Source: Balanoglossus misakiensis
Lineage: Eukaryota > Animalia > Hemichordata
Assembly: GCA_040954595.2 (NCBI GenBank)
Contig: CM082593.2
Location: 9,123,200-9,187,199, forward strand
Reading direction: 5' to 3'
Length of the DNA stretch: 64,000 nucleotides
Below are positions 48,701 to 62,438 of the stretch, one piece after another. Both the position numbers and the translations under genes were made by a program. Each line of letters opens with the position of its first letter. The stretch's first letter is position 1. The notes below the pieces were generated by a model, which searched no databases, had not been told where the DNA came from, and saw nothing but the letters and a program-made list of their open reading frames with translations.

Positions 48701-51359
48701 GACGCTGGGAGATACATTACAGAGAAAGCGGGTAGATTTTTACTCTGAAACAAAGATAAGCTTTAATACATGCAGTGTATCACTATTTCCTAAATTTACA
48801 TCACGACCGCGCAACGTAACTGCGGTCCATTGCATGTAAGTGTGCGGGCATCTACACCAAAAACAGCGACACGGTGCCGTTACAATTATTCCAGCTAAAT
48901 ATAAACACAAGAAAACACGAATCGTGATCTGTGGATTCCCTGGATATGATTTTGAATCTGCAATAGATTGGAGATCATGTTGAGGAAAAAAACTTGATCG
49001 CACAAATTAGTGAAAAATACATTTATGAGGTAGCTGGTACGATCCTACTGACCAAAGGCTACCTCCCAGGGCCCACCCCATTCACACCTGTGATTTACTA
49101 ATGTGCAGGCTAGTCGTCAGTAGGCTTTCTTTTTCCTGTTATGCAGATTATTCTTCATTGTTGATTTCATATGAGTATCAATGGGTATGACTGCTCGCAG
49201 TATACTCTCGGGCTTGATTGTTCTGACTTTTTCGTCCATAATTCTGACTACGTCCGCGACCCTTGTGGAGTGACCGTGATTCAACCAAGCGAAAATAGCT
49301 ACCCATCACTCTAATTATTGCAGCTATGCTAGTTATAAACACAATCGCAATTTTGATCGTGACATAGGCCATATATACTTTTAAATTTAAAAGGAAAAAG
49401 GAAACTTTTACTTTTGATGCATTAATTTACGAGCAGTGATTTAAGTGTGAAAAATAAAAGTACGTTCGAAGCCCTCGCTGTTTCTTCTGACAGCGGTATA
49501 GCCTCAGCAGGTTTTCCCGCTCTGCACTCGGATATAAAGCAGAAATTAATGTAAGGAAAATCCACAATGTCTGACAGGTGACAGGTAGTAACTTGGATAG
49601 AAAGCAGAAATGTAAGGAAAATCCACAATGTCTGACAGGTGGTCAGTTTGTACAATGAGTAACTCTCATGACGAATCCTTTTCGAAAGAGACTGCTTCAA
49701 ATTGGGAGAAACAATTAGGTGTTAACGATAATGGCGTTGCTTTGTTGTTTTTTCTGTGCTGAAAGGCATTTTTGTATTGGGGTAAAGAAAATTGTGTACA
49801 AATTATTACACGTCACATTTGTCGACTCCTGTATTTCAAAACACACAGTACCACAAACGAGAGCAAAGTTCGGTCGTATTTAATGTACAAAGGATCTTTT
49901 CCTTTTTGTTGTTGTTGCTCGATAGATCATTATTCAGAAGGTCTATTTGAACATGCACGTCTCTATGGCTTCTCAGTGTACATGTATATATAGACTGTGC
50001 TGTGTCGATGGTTCCTGGTCATTTGTTCGTATGGCAACGAGTTTCAATAAGTTATATTTGCATATCGAGAGAGTGTGTTCTGCATTAAAGTTTCCGCCCC
50101 AAGCGCTAGATTACTGAATAAATTCAGAGCTGATTCTCGACTTTAGTAGTTCCAACATCGATGCATTTTCCCGTTTTGCTGTTTATTTGTACTTGAGAAC
50201 ATTTTTATTCTACTCTGATGTGACTTGCTGTATAGTTTGTAACATTTATGTAAACTCAAAATTTTCCCTATTATTTTTCACATTTTCTAAAATAAAAAAA
50301 ATGTTACTTCACAATAGTGTCATACATGTATGTGTGCACCTGTATCTAACTCACTGACGGTGAGTTTAAGATCTACTTAAACTGGCATTGAATATGGCTG
50401 GAGTCCATGCAAATGTTTGACAGAATGAACACAAGCTAGACATTTCATAGTTCTTCAGGAGTGCTTTTTTGATGCGGATTGTATGTTGTATGTTGCATGG
50501 AGCATGGAGGTACCTCCATGCATGGAGGTAGGATGGAAAGGAACTACACCCGCTACTGTTGTTTTTGAGGCAAGTCAGTGATTCCACTTGTTTACCGAGT
50601 GAACACGACTGTTTATTGGCAAGGCTACTCACATGTGGCTGACAACAAAGGGAAATCAATAAAATAAAAGTTTGATACACACGAAGAATGCAATCAGAAC
50701 ACAATATACATTCTACTGTTTTGAGAATATCCATCTAATTTACCAGGCGATGAAACAGGTAGAGAGTCCCTGCGTCAGACCATAGCTACGCACGATTGTA
50801 CAATCATGTAAACAAACATGGCGTACGTCGATCGACGACATCACATCACGTAGAGAGATCGAGTCACAGTCCGATCGAGGTTGTACCTCAGGCAAATGCG
50901 AACGATCTTACATGTTTGCTAACTTTGATGATTAGGTTGCAATGATCAATCTAGGCCCGATCAAGAAGACTGAGCTAGAATTTGTCGTGGTAAACCATGA
51001 CACATTGATTACATCTCGGACACATGCAGACACGCACGAAACGTCTAATATATTCCGACGGGTGACATGCTAGCCCAATTCTTAACTCCAGAGTTCTCAA
51101 ACATGCCTTCTTCTCATTCTAAGACTGGCAGACTTCTCATGTGTTCATTCGGGCCCGCCAAACACAGCAAGCGCAGCGGGCCCATGGGCTAGCTGGGCCC
51201 GGTGGGCCCGAATGCGGGCCCACCAAACACATTTAATTAGCAAGCCCTGCGGGCCCATGGGCCTGCTGGGCCCGGAGGGACCGAGCCCCCTGGCGCGCGC
51301 AGCAAGCCACTGAGCGCGCCCGGCAAGCGCGCCATGTGCAGGACATTCAGCCTGTAGTG
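45786..51359. mobile_element. Non-autonomous CACTA/EnSpm-like transposon (5.6 kb)
   Basis: TA|CACTACAGACTGAATGTCCTG...CAGGACATTCAGCCTGTAGTG|TA with GC-rich subterminal repeats. The empty site (CTATATAGTGCCCAC) is visible at ~41330 and ~57660. Confidence 0.88.
47840..48290 (-). pseudogene. Pro-rich linker plus BEN-domain-like fragment inside the CACTA element
   Basis: SCSIGNFAKNLVFMVYSPSERAGRTCTGRVFGGTKQKLKLSPRRLKKV fits the BEN pattern FAxxLxxxxFxxxE...xxxG...LxPxRL. Cut off by a palindromic insertion at ~47680-47855. Confidence 0.7.
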
Positions 51360-52779
51360 TATAGTGGCCACTTTATTCTGGTCCCTGTGTAATGTATATC
51401 TACATTTATTGACGTTTCTACCAGGTATAATGGCCACCTGTCTATAAAGGCCAGTTTAGGAAAGTCCCTTCACTAGCCATAATGGGCAGGTTAGACTGCA
51501 CTTGTGTTAATTTCTGTCTGTTATACATGTAACAGAACACTTCATGAATCATGACATTATAGGCTTTTTCATAAAGAGGGCACACTTCCAAAATAAGGTG
51601 TCATCTCCAAGCAGACAATGTGAAAAAGGAGGCCGGTAGGTTACAGAGTACTGCTTGAGCTCATCTAGTTTGTTGTATACATGATACAAGTTGCGTGTAA
51701 AACTGACCTTACAATAAAATGTGGCTGTGGAAAGTCAGTCCCAACTATAGTGTTGATACACAAGACAATCGAGTTTTTACTCTGGCCTCGTGTTCGCGTC
51801 TTGGAAGGGTAACATGACTGCATAGCAATGTTTTATTACAATTTGATACATAGAGAAATGGACTACTGTGACAGTATTAACTCTGGGAACTATGTAAATG
51901 ATTCCCAGCCTCAAAATTCTGACTGTCTACAATTATATTTTTTAGCATTTTTGTTGTGTATATCAACTGCACTTTCAAGTACAGTCAAACCCGTCTAACA
52001 CCAAAGGGACTGAAGAAATTATTCAGATTGCAGGTGTCCAATTTAAATTTTCTCTCCTGTCACAAAAATTGCATGGGAATTCTAATTCTAAAAGGAAAAC
52101 TCATTTGATAAAAGATCTCACAGTCAAGTTTTGGATGTGGCTCCAGTTCAAGTATTGTATGTGATTAATTTTCTGGAGTTCAAGTCTGTATACTTAAAGT
52201 AGAGTTGGTCACATGGACTTGGGTAAACTGAGTGTGGTCAGAAATTGAACTTACACACATTGATTGAGTTAAGAACATGTCTGGTGTATTACTGTAATAT
52301 GACTAGATACTGCAAATGCATAAACAATAAGCGTATGTTAAAATACACAGTTTTCATTGATATATCTGATTCACAAAATTAAATACACATGTTCATTAAA
52401 ACCCACTATGATAGAGCGCCCCCACTGTTCAGAATGTCAGTTTTGAAGTCCTACATCTATGACGTCATGCCTAGCTGTCAATGTTAACTGATATGTACTT
52501 GTACTACTAGTAAATGGAAGTACTTTAAAGTAAAGCTCAGATGCAAGGGTTTTGTAAAATAAATATAATATTAAAACGTTGCCATCATTTTAGTCCTTTG
52601 GAACAGCGGTCCAATTGACTAATGTGATCACTCTGTGTGCGGCATATGGCATATTAAGCATTTAGCATTTTTCAATCAGAAGCCGTTAATCCTGTGATTA
52701 ATTCTGCTTCTTGCAACATTGATTTTAAATCACCACACATGAATATTTTTGTCCAAAGGACTGTGGTGCCCAAGTTTTT

Positions 52780-53110
52780 ATGATGAGATAAACAAACAGT
52801 GAAATTCACTGAAGAAGTGATTGAGCACTTGCCCTATCATTGTTCAATGTAGGTGACCACCAAACTCAGCAAGGAGAATTCATTTGACGCCTTGAGCATA
52901 CCAACAACAACCAATGTATTGAAAATACTTTCTGAAACCTTTCAGTCGATGTTGCTTGATGTATATTGTATGACTGGACTCGATCATTAGGTTTTTTTGC
53001 ATTGACATTTTCAACAGCCTATCAAACTATTTTTGATTTGAGTTCATCATCGTAGTGATGGTACGTGCCATGCTTTTGTTTCTTCGTGTGTGAAGTGACA
53101 TCATTGTTGA
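52780..53110 (-). pseudogene. Highly degenerate pogo-like transposase N-terminal remnant
   Basis: Hand translation gives KKQKHGTYHHYDDELKSKIV**AVENVNAK and, downstream, LLAEFGGHL. Both resemble invertebrate pogo-like DNA-binding regions. Confidence 0.45.
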
Positions 53111-53747
53111 CAGTTACAATCTGATCAAGTGACATGCCACATTGGTATATTTTGTCAACATCAACAGTATTGTTTTAATGTGGTTGACAGACATCACTTG
53201 GGGTTGGATAAAGTGCTTTCTGAGCGATATTATAACGGCAGCTATCAAGAATGTAAAAAATATTGAAAACAGGCCATATCCTTAGCATTCCCTTTCATAT
53301 TGTGTCTGCATTGCAATTGGTGATGTACAAAGTCCTTTTGACAACATGCATGGCTGGTTTGTTGTTGTTTTTTGTAAGAAACAAGTCTTTGATTTCCTGA
53401 CTGCTAATTGCTGTCTTTGTACTACACTTCTAGTAATATCTCCATTTCTAGCTTTGCACCTCACATTTAATGAATAGACTTGTGGATGTTTTGACACTTC
53501 TTGACAATGAAAGTGTATGGTTGCAGTGATCAAATGATACACAAATCAAAGGAACAAAGAGTGACTTTTCATTCTTTTGAGAACCTTGCATTCTTATATT
53601 TAAATGCTTGCCCACTGGCCCCAGGTGTAAAATAGCAAAATTTTATCCATTTACTATATTAAAAAAATATTGTGCCAAAGAGTTGGAAGTCCAAATATCT
53701 TTACTTAATAATTTAATACTTTAATAATTACTCACAGTTTCCCTTAA

Positions 53748-55312
53748 CCCTGTGCTGTCTACAGCGCCCTCAGATGTCCCATACGGGAGAAACCACAGCG
53801 TCTGTACACGTCCGATGATTCCAGAACATCGGGCGATTCAAAAAGTGTGGGATACGTACCGGTTTCTTGTGAAATACGTGTTATCTTTTTCTAATGACGT
53901 ATTAAACATATGATAGGCTCTCATTTCCCGCCAAGAAAATATCATGTGACCATTTGACCTTTTGCCGTTATCAGCGATTTAATCTCAAGGGACGCTACAG
54001 GATGCTGCCGATTATTTTTAGTTAATTTATTCACGACATTTGTTGACAGAACTGACTTGACCTAACTCGAATTTTGTGAGAAAAACTGTGGCATATGCCG
54101 AAATAATTTGATTTTTCTTAAGGATGACGATTAGGAAGAATTTTTAGGACTAAAAAATGTTGAAACTGCTAGCGATTTTGATGAACATGAACGGGAATGG
54201 GAAGTTTTGAATTTTGAGGCTGCGGCCGTTGAACTTTCACCGGAAGCACCGGGCGACTTGCGCAACGTTCGTTGGTAATATCGGAGATTTAATTTTATTA
54301 AATTATCACTGTTTTTTTCGGAATCTGGTCCTAACCATTGTTTGGAAATAGGTACCCATTTTTTGGCAGTTGATTGCCCAGAATTTTATGAAGCATCTTG
54401 CCAACGAGATCGTGCTACACAATGTCAACAAGTCCACGCTGCTGACTCGAATCATGGTACCTCCATGCTCGAATCTAAAATCAAGGCTGATGAAATATAC
54501 GGGAGTTTTAATATTGACGTGAATATTTTTATACGTGTTCGCTGTTTTCCACACGTCAAATTAGTTCACTGGTGACAGATTTCAAGTACCAGGCATCGCT
54601 AAGATCATGCTAATGAGCAGATACAAAAAACTTTGCGAGTATTTTCCATGTAAACAACAATGACCTCGTTTTGTCCTGAGGTGACCTGATCGTGATTCAT
54701 CTATCATTTCCAGCCAAGTTTTATGCATTTTAGGAGCTGTCCATTGATCAGGCCACGGTGTAATTCAAAGAAAACGGCCATATGATATAAATGCCTGCAA
54801 AACCAGTCGAGTGGGAGTTCAATGCGTATGCATTGCAATGAACATAGTTGCATGTCATCATACCGGCTACTGCTTGAGCGCGAGCAGTTCAGCTGACTGG
54901 CAACTGACATAAAGCCATGTTACAACACAGAAGTGTAAAAGGGATAACAAAAACTATAATAAATAGTATAAATAAGACAACCAGACTCTATATTTTGTTC
55001 ATGTTGATTCCAAGACAAACTGTAGTTGCTGAACAAAAAAAATAAAATTTTCTCTAAACCGTGTTCAAGAATATTCAGTAAGGTCAAATGTAGTGGAATT
55101 TTTATATTTTCATAATCATTTTAGCATCATTTGAGAGCCCATTTTTTTAGCTTTCATATGGAAATATGTTGCTATAGTCAATTTTTAGCTCAATTTTGGT
55201 TATATTGAAGAAAAGAAATCACTGTCAGTCATTGAATAATATTTTCTAATTTGAGTGGAAAGTTCTGGTCTCCACTGTGCATTGTTATGCAAATGAGCTG
55301 GGCTGCATAGGG
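53748..55312. mobile_element. piggyBac-like non-autonomous element
   Basis: TTAA|CCCTGTGCTGTC...GGCTGCATAGGG|TTAA (imperfect TIR). Decayed acidic coding-like stretch near 54090-54240. Confidence 0.6.
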
Positions 55313-55375
55313 TTAAGGTTTGGCCAACCTCTGGTGAAAGGATGACTTGTGATATAGTGTTTTAAATTGGAATAT

Positions 55376-55520
55376 AATATGAGGTTATTACGAAAATACC
55401 GCAAAGTATGCACAAGGACATTAGCGCCAAGTATCTCCCGACGCGTAGCGGAGGGTGATGCGCTGCGCTAATGTCCGAGTGCATACTTTGCGGTATTTTT
55501 GTAATAACCTTATTATTATA
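55376..55520. repeat. Long hairpin (Crypton-like non-autonomous style)
   Basis: AGGTTATTACGAAAATACCGCAAAGTATGCAC...GTGCATACTTTGCGGTATTTTTGTAATAACCT. Confidence 0.65.
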
Positions 55521-56810
55521 CATCTTACATCTCCGTTAGTTCTTGTGTTGCATGTTACTTGGCTTTTAAAACGCCCAAAATGCCGATACAATCGATCGGT
55601 AAACCGCTCAGTTGAAACAGTGAGCAGCCTTCTTTCTTTTTTGTTTACGTGCGTTGGAGCGGGGGTGTCTTGAAACCGTCTGCATAACAACACATACCTG
55701 TACAAAGTGAGTTGGGGTGCCTTGAAACTTGGGGCGTATTTAACACGCGTTACGTATGTACTATTCCGTACAGCTTTTTTAGTGCACGCTAAATTCTACT
55801 GTTCTCGGTGCCAGATGTATAATAAATACATATATTTTAAATATTTCATATTTTCAATCTAAAAGTAGGAGCTGCTTCCTCAAAATATAATTGACTGTCA
55901 GAATGAAAGGCAAGCAATTCAGGCAAGTTAACTCTAACACAACAACTCTTCAATTAAATAATTGACATCAGACAACCACAAAGGCGATATTCAATTAATT
56001 TGTATGAATTCAAATGCAGTTAACAGATTTAAAATTACTGGTAGGCGTAGATTTTGTCAGCGTTTTCCTTCATGAGCTACTTTGCGATTAGTTTGTTCTG
56101 TGTAGTTGAATTGAACAGTGTTTGGTCTGTTCATAGTACTGTACAAGTGTCATATTTCTCACATGAGTTGGGGATTTTCTGTCCCAAACAAGCTGCAGGC
56201 GAATGTGGGACAAAATATCAATGACGAGTGTGAGAAATATGATCCCGGGTCCTTGGTGTATGAGATTATATTTCTCACACGGCTACAAATTAGCCAAATT
56301 CGTTAAATAAATGACTCTTGAACTGTCATCTGGCACATTGTAGATTCTGTATCGCGTCATTGGATAACATTTAGCACTCTTTGTCATCCAATCAGCGCTC
56401 GCATCATATACAGCTTTCGATTTAGTGAGAATGTGGGATTGATTTGTTCTCACACTCTGATCCAACACTCTCAGCATGCCAGGAGTGTGAGAATCTATTA
56501 CGAGTTTGAAATCTTAGGTGAAGAGTTTATCAATTTCACTGCCAACCCTGTAGGGCATTCTGGGATATGTGTTCATGCCAAAGCACAAACAGCCATGACC
56601 TGACAGCTCAGTTTGTAGATCATTTCTACAAATCCACAAAGAGACTCAAAGTTTAGAAATGTTGTGTCGGTTAGAAATATTAGACGTATCACTGTTAATA
56701 CTTTATTTCAAAGCCATGTGAATTTGTTCACATTAGGGAAATTTTTAAAGGAAGGGAGGATTGGTATTGACTTGAATAATTACAATGGATGTTTTGTTCT
56801 CTATTTTCAG

Positions 56811-56933
56811 ATGTGAATAATGAGTGTTCAGATTCTGTTTGTGCTGGAGGGTGTCTAAATGCAGAGGGTGGATTCAGCTGTAGTTGTGGTGATGATGGTT
56901 TCTCTCTGAGTGCAGATCATGTCAATTGTTTAG
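56811..56933 (+). pseudogene. EGF exon type B (open)
   Basis: Duplicate of 40481-40603. Confidence 0.85.
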
Positions 56934-57360
56934 GTAAGTTTTTTTTGAGTGGGGAGGGGATAGACCAACAATTGCTTTGCATTTCCTGCCTCAAAAGGGC
57001 GCTTACACATGTTGTATGTGACAAAGATTGCAGCGAGTCACCATGTAAAAAAAATAATAAATAAAAGTTATCAGGCACTTTCCAAAGTTACACATTTAGA
57101 AAAAAATGAGTTTGTTGTCTCGTGTGTGATATTTTTGGCTAACAAAACACTAGCTTCTAATGTGGTTACTACATTGTTTGTTTATCAGTATACAGTACTG
57201 GTACATATAAACATATGATATGACCAAGTTATATGCCAGATGATATTTATCAAGTTTCACACAATTTTGCTCTCTTGTCGTATATTTTTTTCAAAGCCAA
57301 CTGTACATGTAATTCAGATGTATTCATTCAAACACAATTTATCATATTTGTATTTTCAAG

Positions 57361-57465
57361 CTGGTTGGTCACCATGCCAACAAGCATGTTACAACACACC
57401 AACCAGTTACCAGTGTGGTTGCAGACCAGGATTTAAGTTGCACAGAAATCAACAAACATGTGTTG
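57361..57465 (+). pseudogene. cbEGF exon type C, 5'-deleted
   Basis: Duplicate of 41031-41135. Confidence 0.8.
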
Positions 57466-58923
57466 GTGAGTATCTACAATTGGGAGAAAGTAAGATGTAG
57501 GTGTTTGTGCAATGTAAGTGTCCAATACATGTACATGTATATGTGACACTGAAATTACACATTGTACACTCAATAATTGGTAAATGTCTATTATTCATGA
57601 CACAAATCAACATACAGTCAAACCTCTGTGACTGGCCACCTCTATTAAACAGCCACCTCTATATAGTGCCCACTTTATTCTAGTCCCTGTGTAATTTATA
57701 TCTACATTAATTGACTTTTCTACCAGGTATAATGGCCACCTGTCTATAAAGGCCAGTTTAGGAAAGTCCCTTCACTAGCCATAATGGACAGGTTAGACTG
57801 CACTTGTGTTAATTTCTGTCTGTAATACGTGTAACACAATCATAAAATTTTTCATAACGAGGGCACACTTCCAAAATAAGGTGTCATCTCCAAGCAGACA
57901 ATGTGAAAAAGGAGGCCAGTTGGTTACAGAGTACTGCTCGAGCTCATCTACTTTGTTGTATACATGATACAAGTTGCGTGTAAAACTGACCTTACAATAA
58001 AATGTGGCTGTCGAAAGTCTGTCCCAACTATAGTGTTGATACACAAGACAAAGTTTTTACTCTTTGACCAACTGGCCTCATGTTTGCGTCTTGGAAGGGC
58101 ACCCTCTTTATGAAAAAGGCATATGATATCACTACAAGGAATAAATTAACATGATAGAACATTGCTGATTAATGTCATAGATCATGATAACATGAATGCA
58201 TAGCAATGTTTTGTTACAATTTGGTACATAAAGAAATGGACAACTGTGACAGTATTGACTCTGGGAACTATGTAGATGATTCCCAGCCTCAAAATTCTGA
58301 CTTGCTTCACCGTTGGAAGAAGTCAGTTTTCAGGTTAACATGTATATTTGTACAGAGTGTGGCATTAGTGAGTGGTTGCATCACATCAATGCATGACAAA
58401 AGGTCATCACTGTGTAAGACTCAGAAATAGAATTTGAATACAAATCCTATTAAACAAAATATTCTAAAATTTACATGTTATTTTAACACCTGTTTACTCC
58501 TATAAAAGTGAGTGCATGTGTTTTCGAGTTCTCTTCAATCCAGAAGCCACTGTATAGGCCTTAGTTGGTGCATGTAGCTCCTAGACTTAGAAATAAAGAC
58601 GCCTCAAGTCCAGTTGACCATCTCACACTTCTGGCACTGGTGGGATTCAAACCAACGCCATCGAAATGACTGCAGGTGTCTAAAACCCCTTGACTGTAGG
58701 ACACAAATGCCTGACAGTGATATAACTATGTTATAATGTTACGTCGACACTACATAAGTTTGGGGATATGTTGTCTCAAATGATGAAATTGAGAAAAATT
58801 ATCCCCATCTTGTTATAATCTGAGCCCAGTTGTCTTTGGTGTGAGATTCCAGTTGTTAAGAGTAGGCTTATCTTGAATAATGTAATGCTTGTAAATTATT
58901 TCAAATTTCTTCTTACCCTCCAG

Positions 58924-59046
58924 ATATGAATAAATGTCACAGTTGTGGAAATGCGTGTCAACACTATTGTCAGAATACCCATGGTAGTTATTGCTGCGCT
59001 TGCAGACAAGGCTTCAATGTGCTGGAGGATGGCCATGCATGTGCAG
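58924..59046 (+). pseudogene. cbEGF exon type D (open)
   Basis: DMNKCHSCGNACQHYCQNTHGSYCCACRQGFNVLEDGHACA. Confidence 0.85.
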
Positions 59047-59666
59047 GTATGTAACTGTGGATATTGATCTCTTCTGTGGCTACACTGTTTGGGGATTGTA
59101 TATTGCTATGGTTACAATAAAACATGCATCCTGTCTGTCCATTGCACACATTTTAAAATTTGAAATCAACCGCACACTCGTACTGAACACATGTTTGTTG
59201 AAATTGTATCTCAGAAATTTTCCAATTATAATTATGCATAATATAAACAAATTAACAAATGTGAAAACTTAGCATTGAAAATTTGTTTGCAAGGGTGAAA
59301 AAGTAATCTGTTGTTTTAAAAATCAGACAAAGTTTTGCTGACAGGGTACACGAGTTTCAGGGGATTTTGTTAAAATGAGAATGATAGAGAGTGTTAAAAT
59401 TCCTAGAAAGAGATTGCCATGGATATTGAGGACTTTGGTGTAAAAACAATCAACTGATCAATTAATATGTGGTTACGAATATGTGTCATCAACCTCACCT
59501 TCTATCCGCAATGCTGGATCTATAGACAGTTTTAAAAGGGGTTTAAAAACTCGTCTTTTTATTCTGCACAATTTCATTCCATTGCTTTTTTTGGTTTAAA
59601 GGGAATGTCTTTCAGAACTGTTTTGGTTTCTTTGGGGTTTTTAAGTGTAATTTTTTTATCCTTTAA

Positions 59667-62311
59667 AGAGCATATCTTAGCTCGAAACACACTTTGAGGA
59701 TAAATAATAATTGGGCTTGTGTGTTAAATGCTGGTGTCCTTTTACTTATTTCATATGGATAAATAAATGTTAAATTTAAAAATGTTCAGGGCCTGAGAAA
59801 AAACTTCTGTTTGGGCCACGCCCATTTCTGTGACGTCACAAGAGGAACCCATTTACGTTTGCAAGACTGTACATTGCAGTGGTTGAATTGCAATCATACA
59901 TGTCTGTGATCTAAACAGCTTTGCTGGGTCAGCCTCTGGATCCCCCGTTCCATTCAAAATAAATGTACATATATACCTTTTCATTTAGGGGAGATGCGAT
60001 TATGAAAAAAATAACACTACTCGGCCCGGTTAGGCTACGGCTACGCATTGCAAGCAGTACACAACATGCAATGGCAGCGGATGTGTATAGGCACCTTACA
60101 CATACAATGATTGCTGCCTCGATTAAGATGGGTCCCCCGTATCTTTTTGCTCGTTTCTATGGGCCTTTATAGGACACTACACTCAATTTTGATCGAAACC
60201 GTTATGAACGTCCGACAAGGGGCTTGTAACTAGTTAAAAATACACACGATTGTGTGCACACCCCCTGCCCGAGTATGTTTACGGCAGCTACCGCCCGGCC
60301 ATAGGCCGCCACGCTAATACGGTAAAGCAGCGGTCAGCGATAGCATGCGCGTCCTGTGACCACAGTAACTGGATCGAACGCTAAAAATCCAATGTTTTGT
60401 ACACAGAGATTTTGTACCGTTCACGAAAATCCCTAAGGCTTTTTTCATAGGCCACGTACACCAGTCAAATTTGACCTGCTTGTTGAGAACGCACTTCCTC
60501 ACAGTGTGACGGATCGTTTTTTCGGTTTTCGTCGTGCTAAGAAGCGATACCGGTGGAAGAGTGCGTCCAAAAACACCTAAAATCGATGACTTTTTCCGCT
60601 GTGGTACGGGTATGCTGAAATCGTAGGATACAACAATAATATTCGAAAACAAAATCCGTCACGATCTTCCCTGGTTCAAGCAACTAATGAATACGTATCA
60701 AGTTCGTTTTTGAGGTCACGGAATAAAAAGCCTTAGGCTTTTGAAATTTGACCTGGCTAATTTGCATATCAATGGCGTCAGGGGGCGCGCGCTCACAATC
60801 GTGCAGATTTTCAACTAGTTACCAGCCCCTTGTTAGACTCTGAAAACGGCTTAGTCCAAATCGGGGTGTAATGTCCTGCAAAGGCCCATAGCAACGGGCA
60901 AAAAGATCCGGGGGACCCATCTTAAACCGTGGAATATTGCCCAAAGGTTTAGGACTAGAGTGTTGGGTCTCAATCTACTTATCTTGGACAATGTCAACTT
61001 ATTGACAACTGATATATCGTGGTCTTTTGGCGATTTTCGATCACTGCCTCAACAGACAAAATACGCGCGTGTTATTACAAGGGAACTCCATCAGCGCCAA
61101 TGCGTGTACACGCAGTCAGCAGCGATGACACATATCGCGCCGCGATGTATATGTACCATGCCAGCACTAAAATTCTGTCTTCTGAATTACATGTAAGCTA
61201 TATGCCTTTTTGGTGATGACAAACAGAAACATTTATGACTTGTCGCTGTAATCATGAAAGTTCCTTCACATGCTTCATACTGCATTATAACAAAATGAAA
61301 CCATACAACCAACAGCAACAGGCGATCATGCCGGGCCGACCCACTCACGCTCACAAAGCATGAAACATTTTCATTGATACACACGAATATCCATGTTTGG
61401 AAACGGTTTTCACTCACACGCGGCAAAATTTATTCAACACATTTTGTTTCAAAATTTGTACAGTGTGTTTTGGAACCGATGAGTCGGACATAGTGCGACG
61501 TAAAACTTGTAAACAAAGAAATTAGAAAAGAAAGATGGCGACCATTCAGCCGAAGCCATACAAAGGTATGACTGAAAAAAATGTGAAATAGTAACAGTAA
61601 TATTTTGAACGTTCAAGTTTTCACATTGATTGCTGTCAACCTTAATTATCGAAGTTTGCGGTCCCTGGGTACCGGGTAGCCAGACGAAAGAGTGAATAAT
61701 TATAAGCAATCTCGACATGATGTCGGCCAGCGCAAAATTGTGTTTACGCCTCCTGCCAGTTCACCTTCTACTGTGTAATCGCGGTCGCTGGAACACTGAA
61801 TGAACACCAATATCGGGTATAAACGATCAGTTGTGCTCTGAATTGAATATTGATCACTGGTCGACCTCTCCTACTGACAGGCTTCTATTTTCCTGTAAGG
61901 GTGTGGATTGTCTTCTCGTGATTCAAACCTGGCCGATTATCGTTCAACGGTCATGCATTGACAGTTACGGCCGCCGCCGCCGGATGGCTTCATATCCACC
62001 GTACAATATCGATGATCGTGGCATAGACTTTCATTGGTTTTCGGGGAATTCACGCGGGTGACTTCCGTCTAGGTAATGTGTTGCTGCAACCACGGCAACC
62101 ACCTCTTTTTCCCATTGTGGTATTACACAGAAAAGCACGAAAACACCGTATGACACCTGTGAGCATCGCTAAAGCTGGTCTATTTTATGAGAACAAAACA
62201 AATATTATAGAAATCGATACCCGAAAAATATTGTCACTTTTGGTAAATATTAGATTTCTTTCAATCATTTTTTAACCTTCTGATAAGATTTAAAAAGGCA
62301 AGATATGCTCT
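59667..62311. mobile_element. Kolobok-like non-autonomous element (2.6 kb)
   Basis: TTAA|AGAGCATATCTT...AAGATATGCTCT|TTAA. The empty site ATCCTTTAAGCTTTC is seen at ~39015 and ~44215. Confidence 0.85.
60127..60921. mobile_element. Nested TTAA-flanked MITE with ~110-bp imperfect TIRs
   Basis: TTAA|GATGGGTCCCCCG...CGGGGGACCCATC|TTAA. Confidence 0.75.
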
Positions 62312-62438
62312 TTAAGCTTTCACTTGTTTTCCAATTTTATTATTTTCAGTAGAAAATGCACTAAGATGTATGTGTATTACGTTTGTCAGGAAATAAATAA
62401 TAATAAAATTAAAAATAATAAACTATCTTTGATTTCAG

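Larger units (their letters stand above)
56150..59500 (+). repeat. Further copy of the EGF cassette (matches ~39805-43190)
   Basis: ORF pairs 40459/56789, 40910/57240, 41878/58206 and 42679/58991. Confidence 0.9.
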
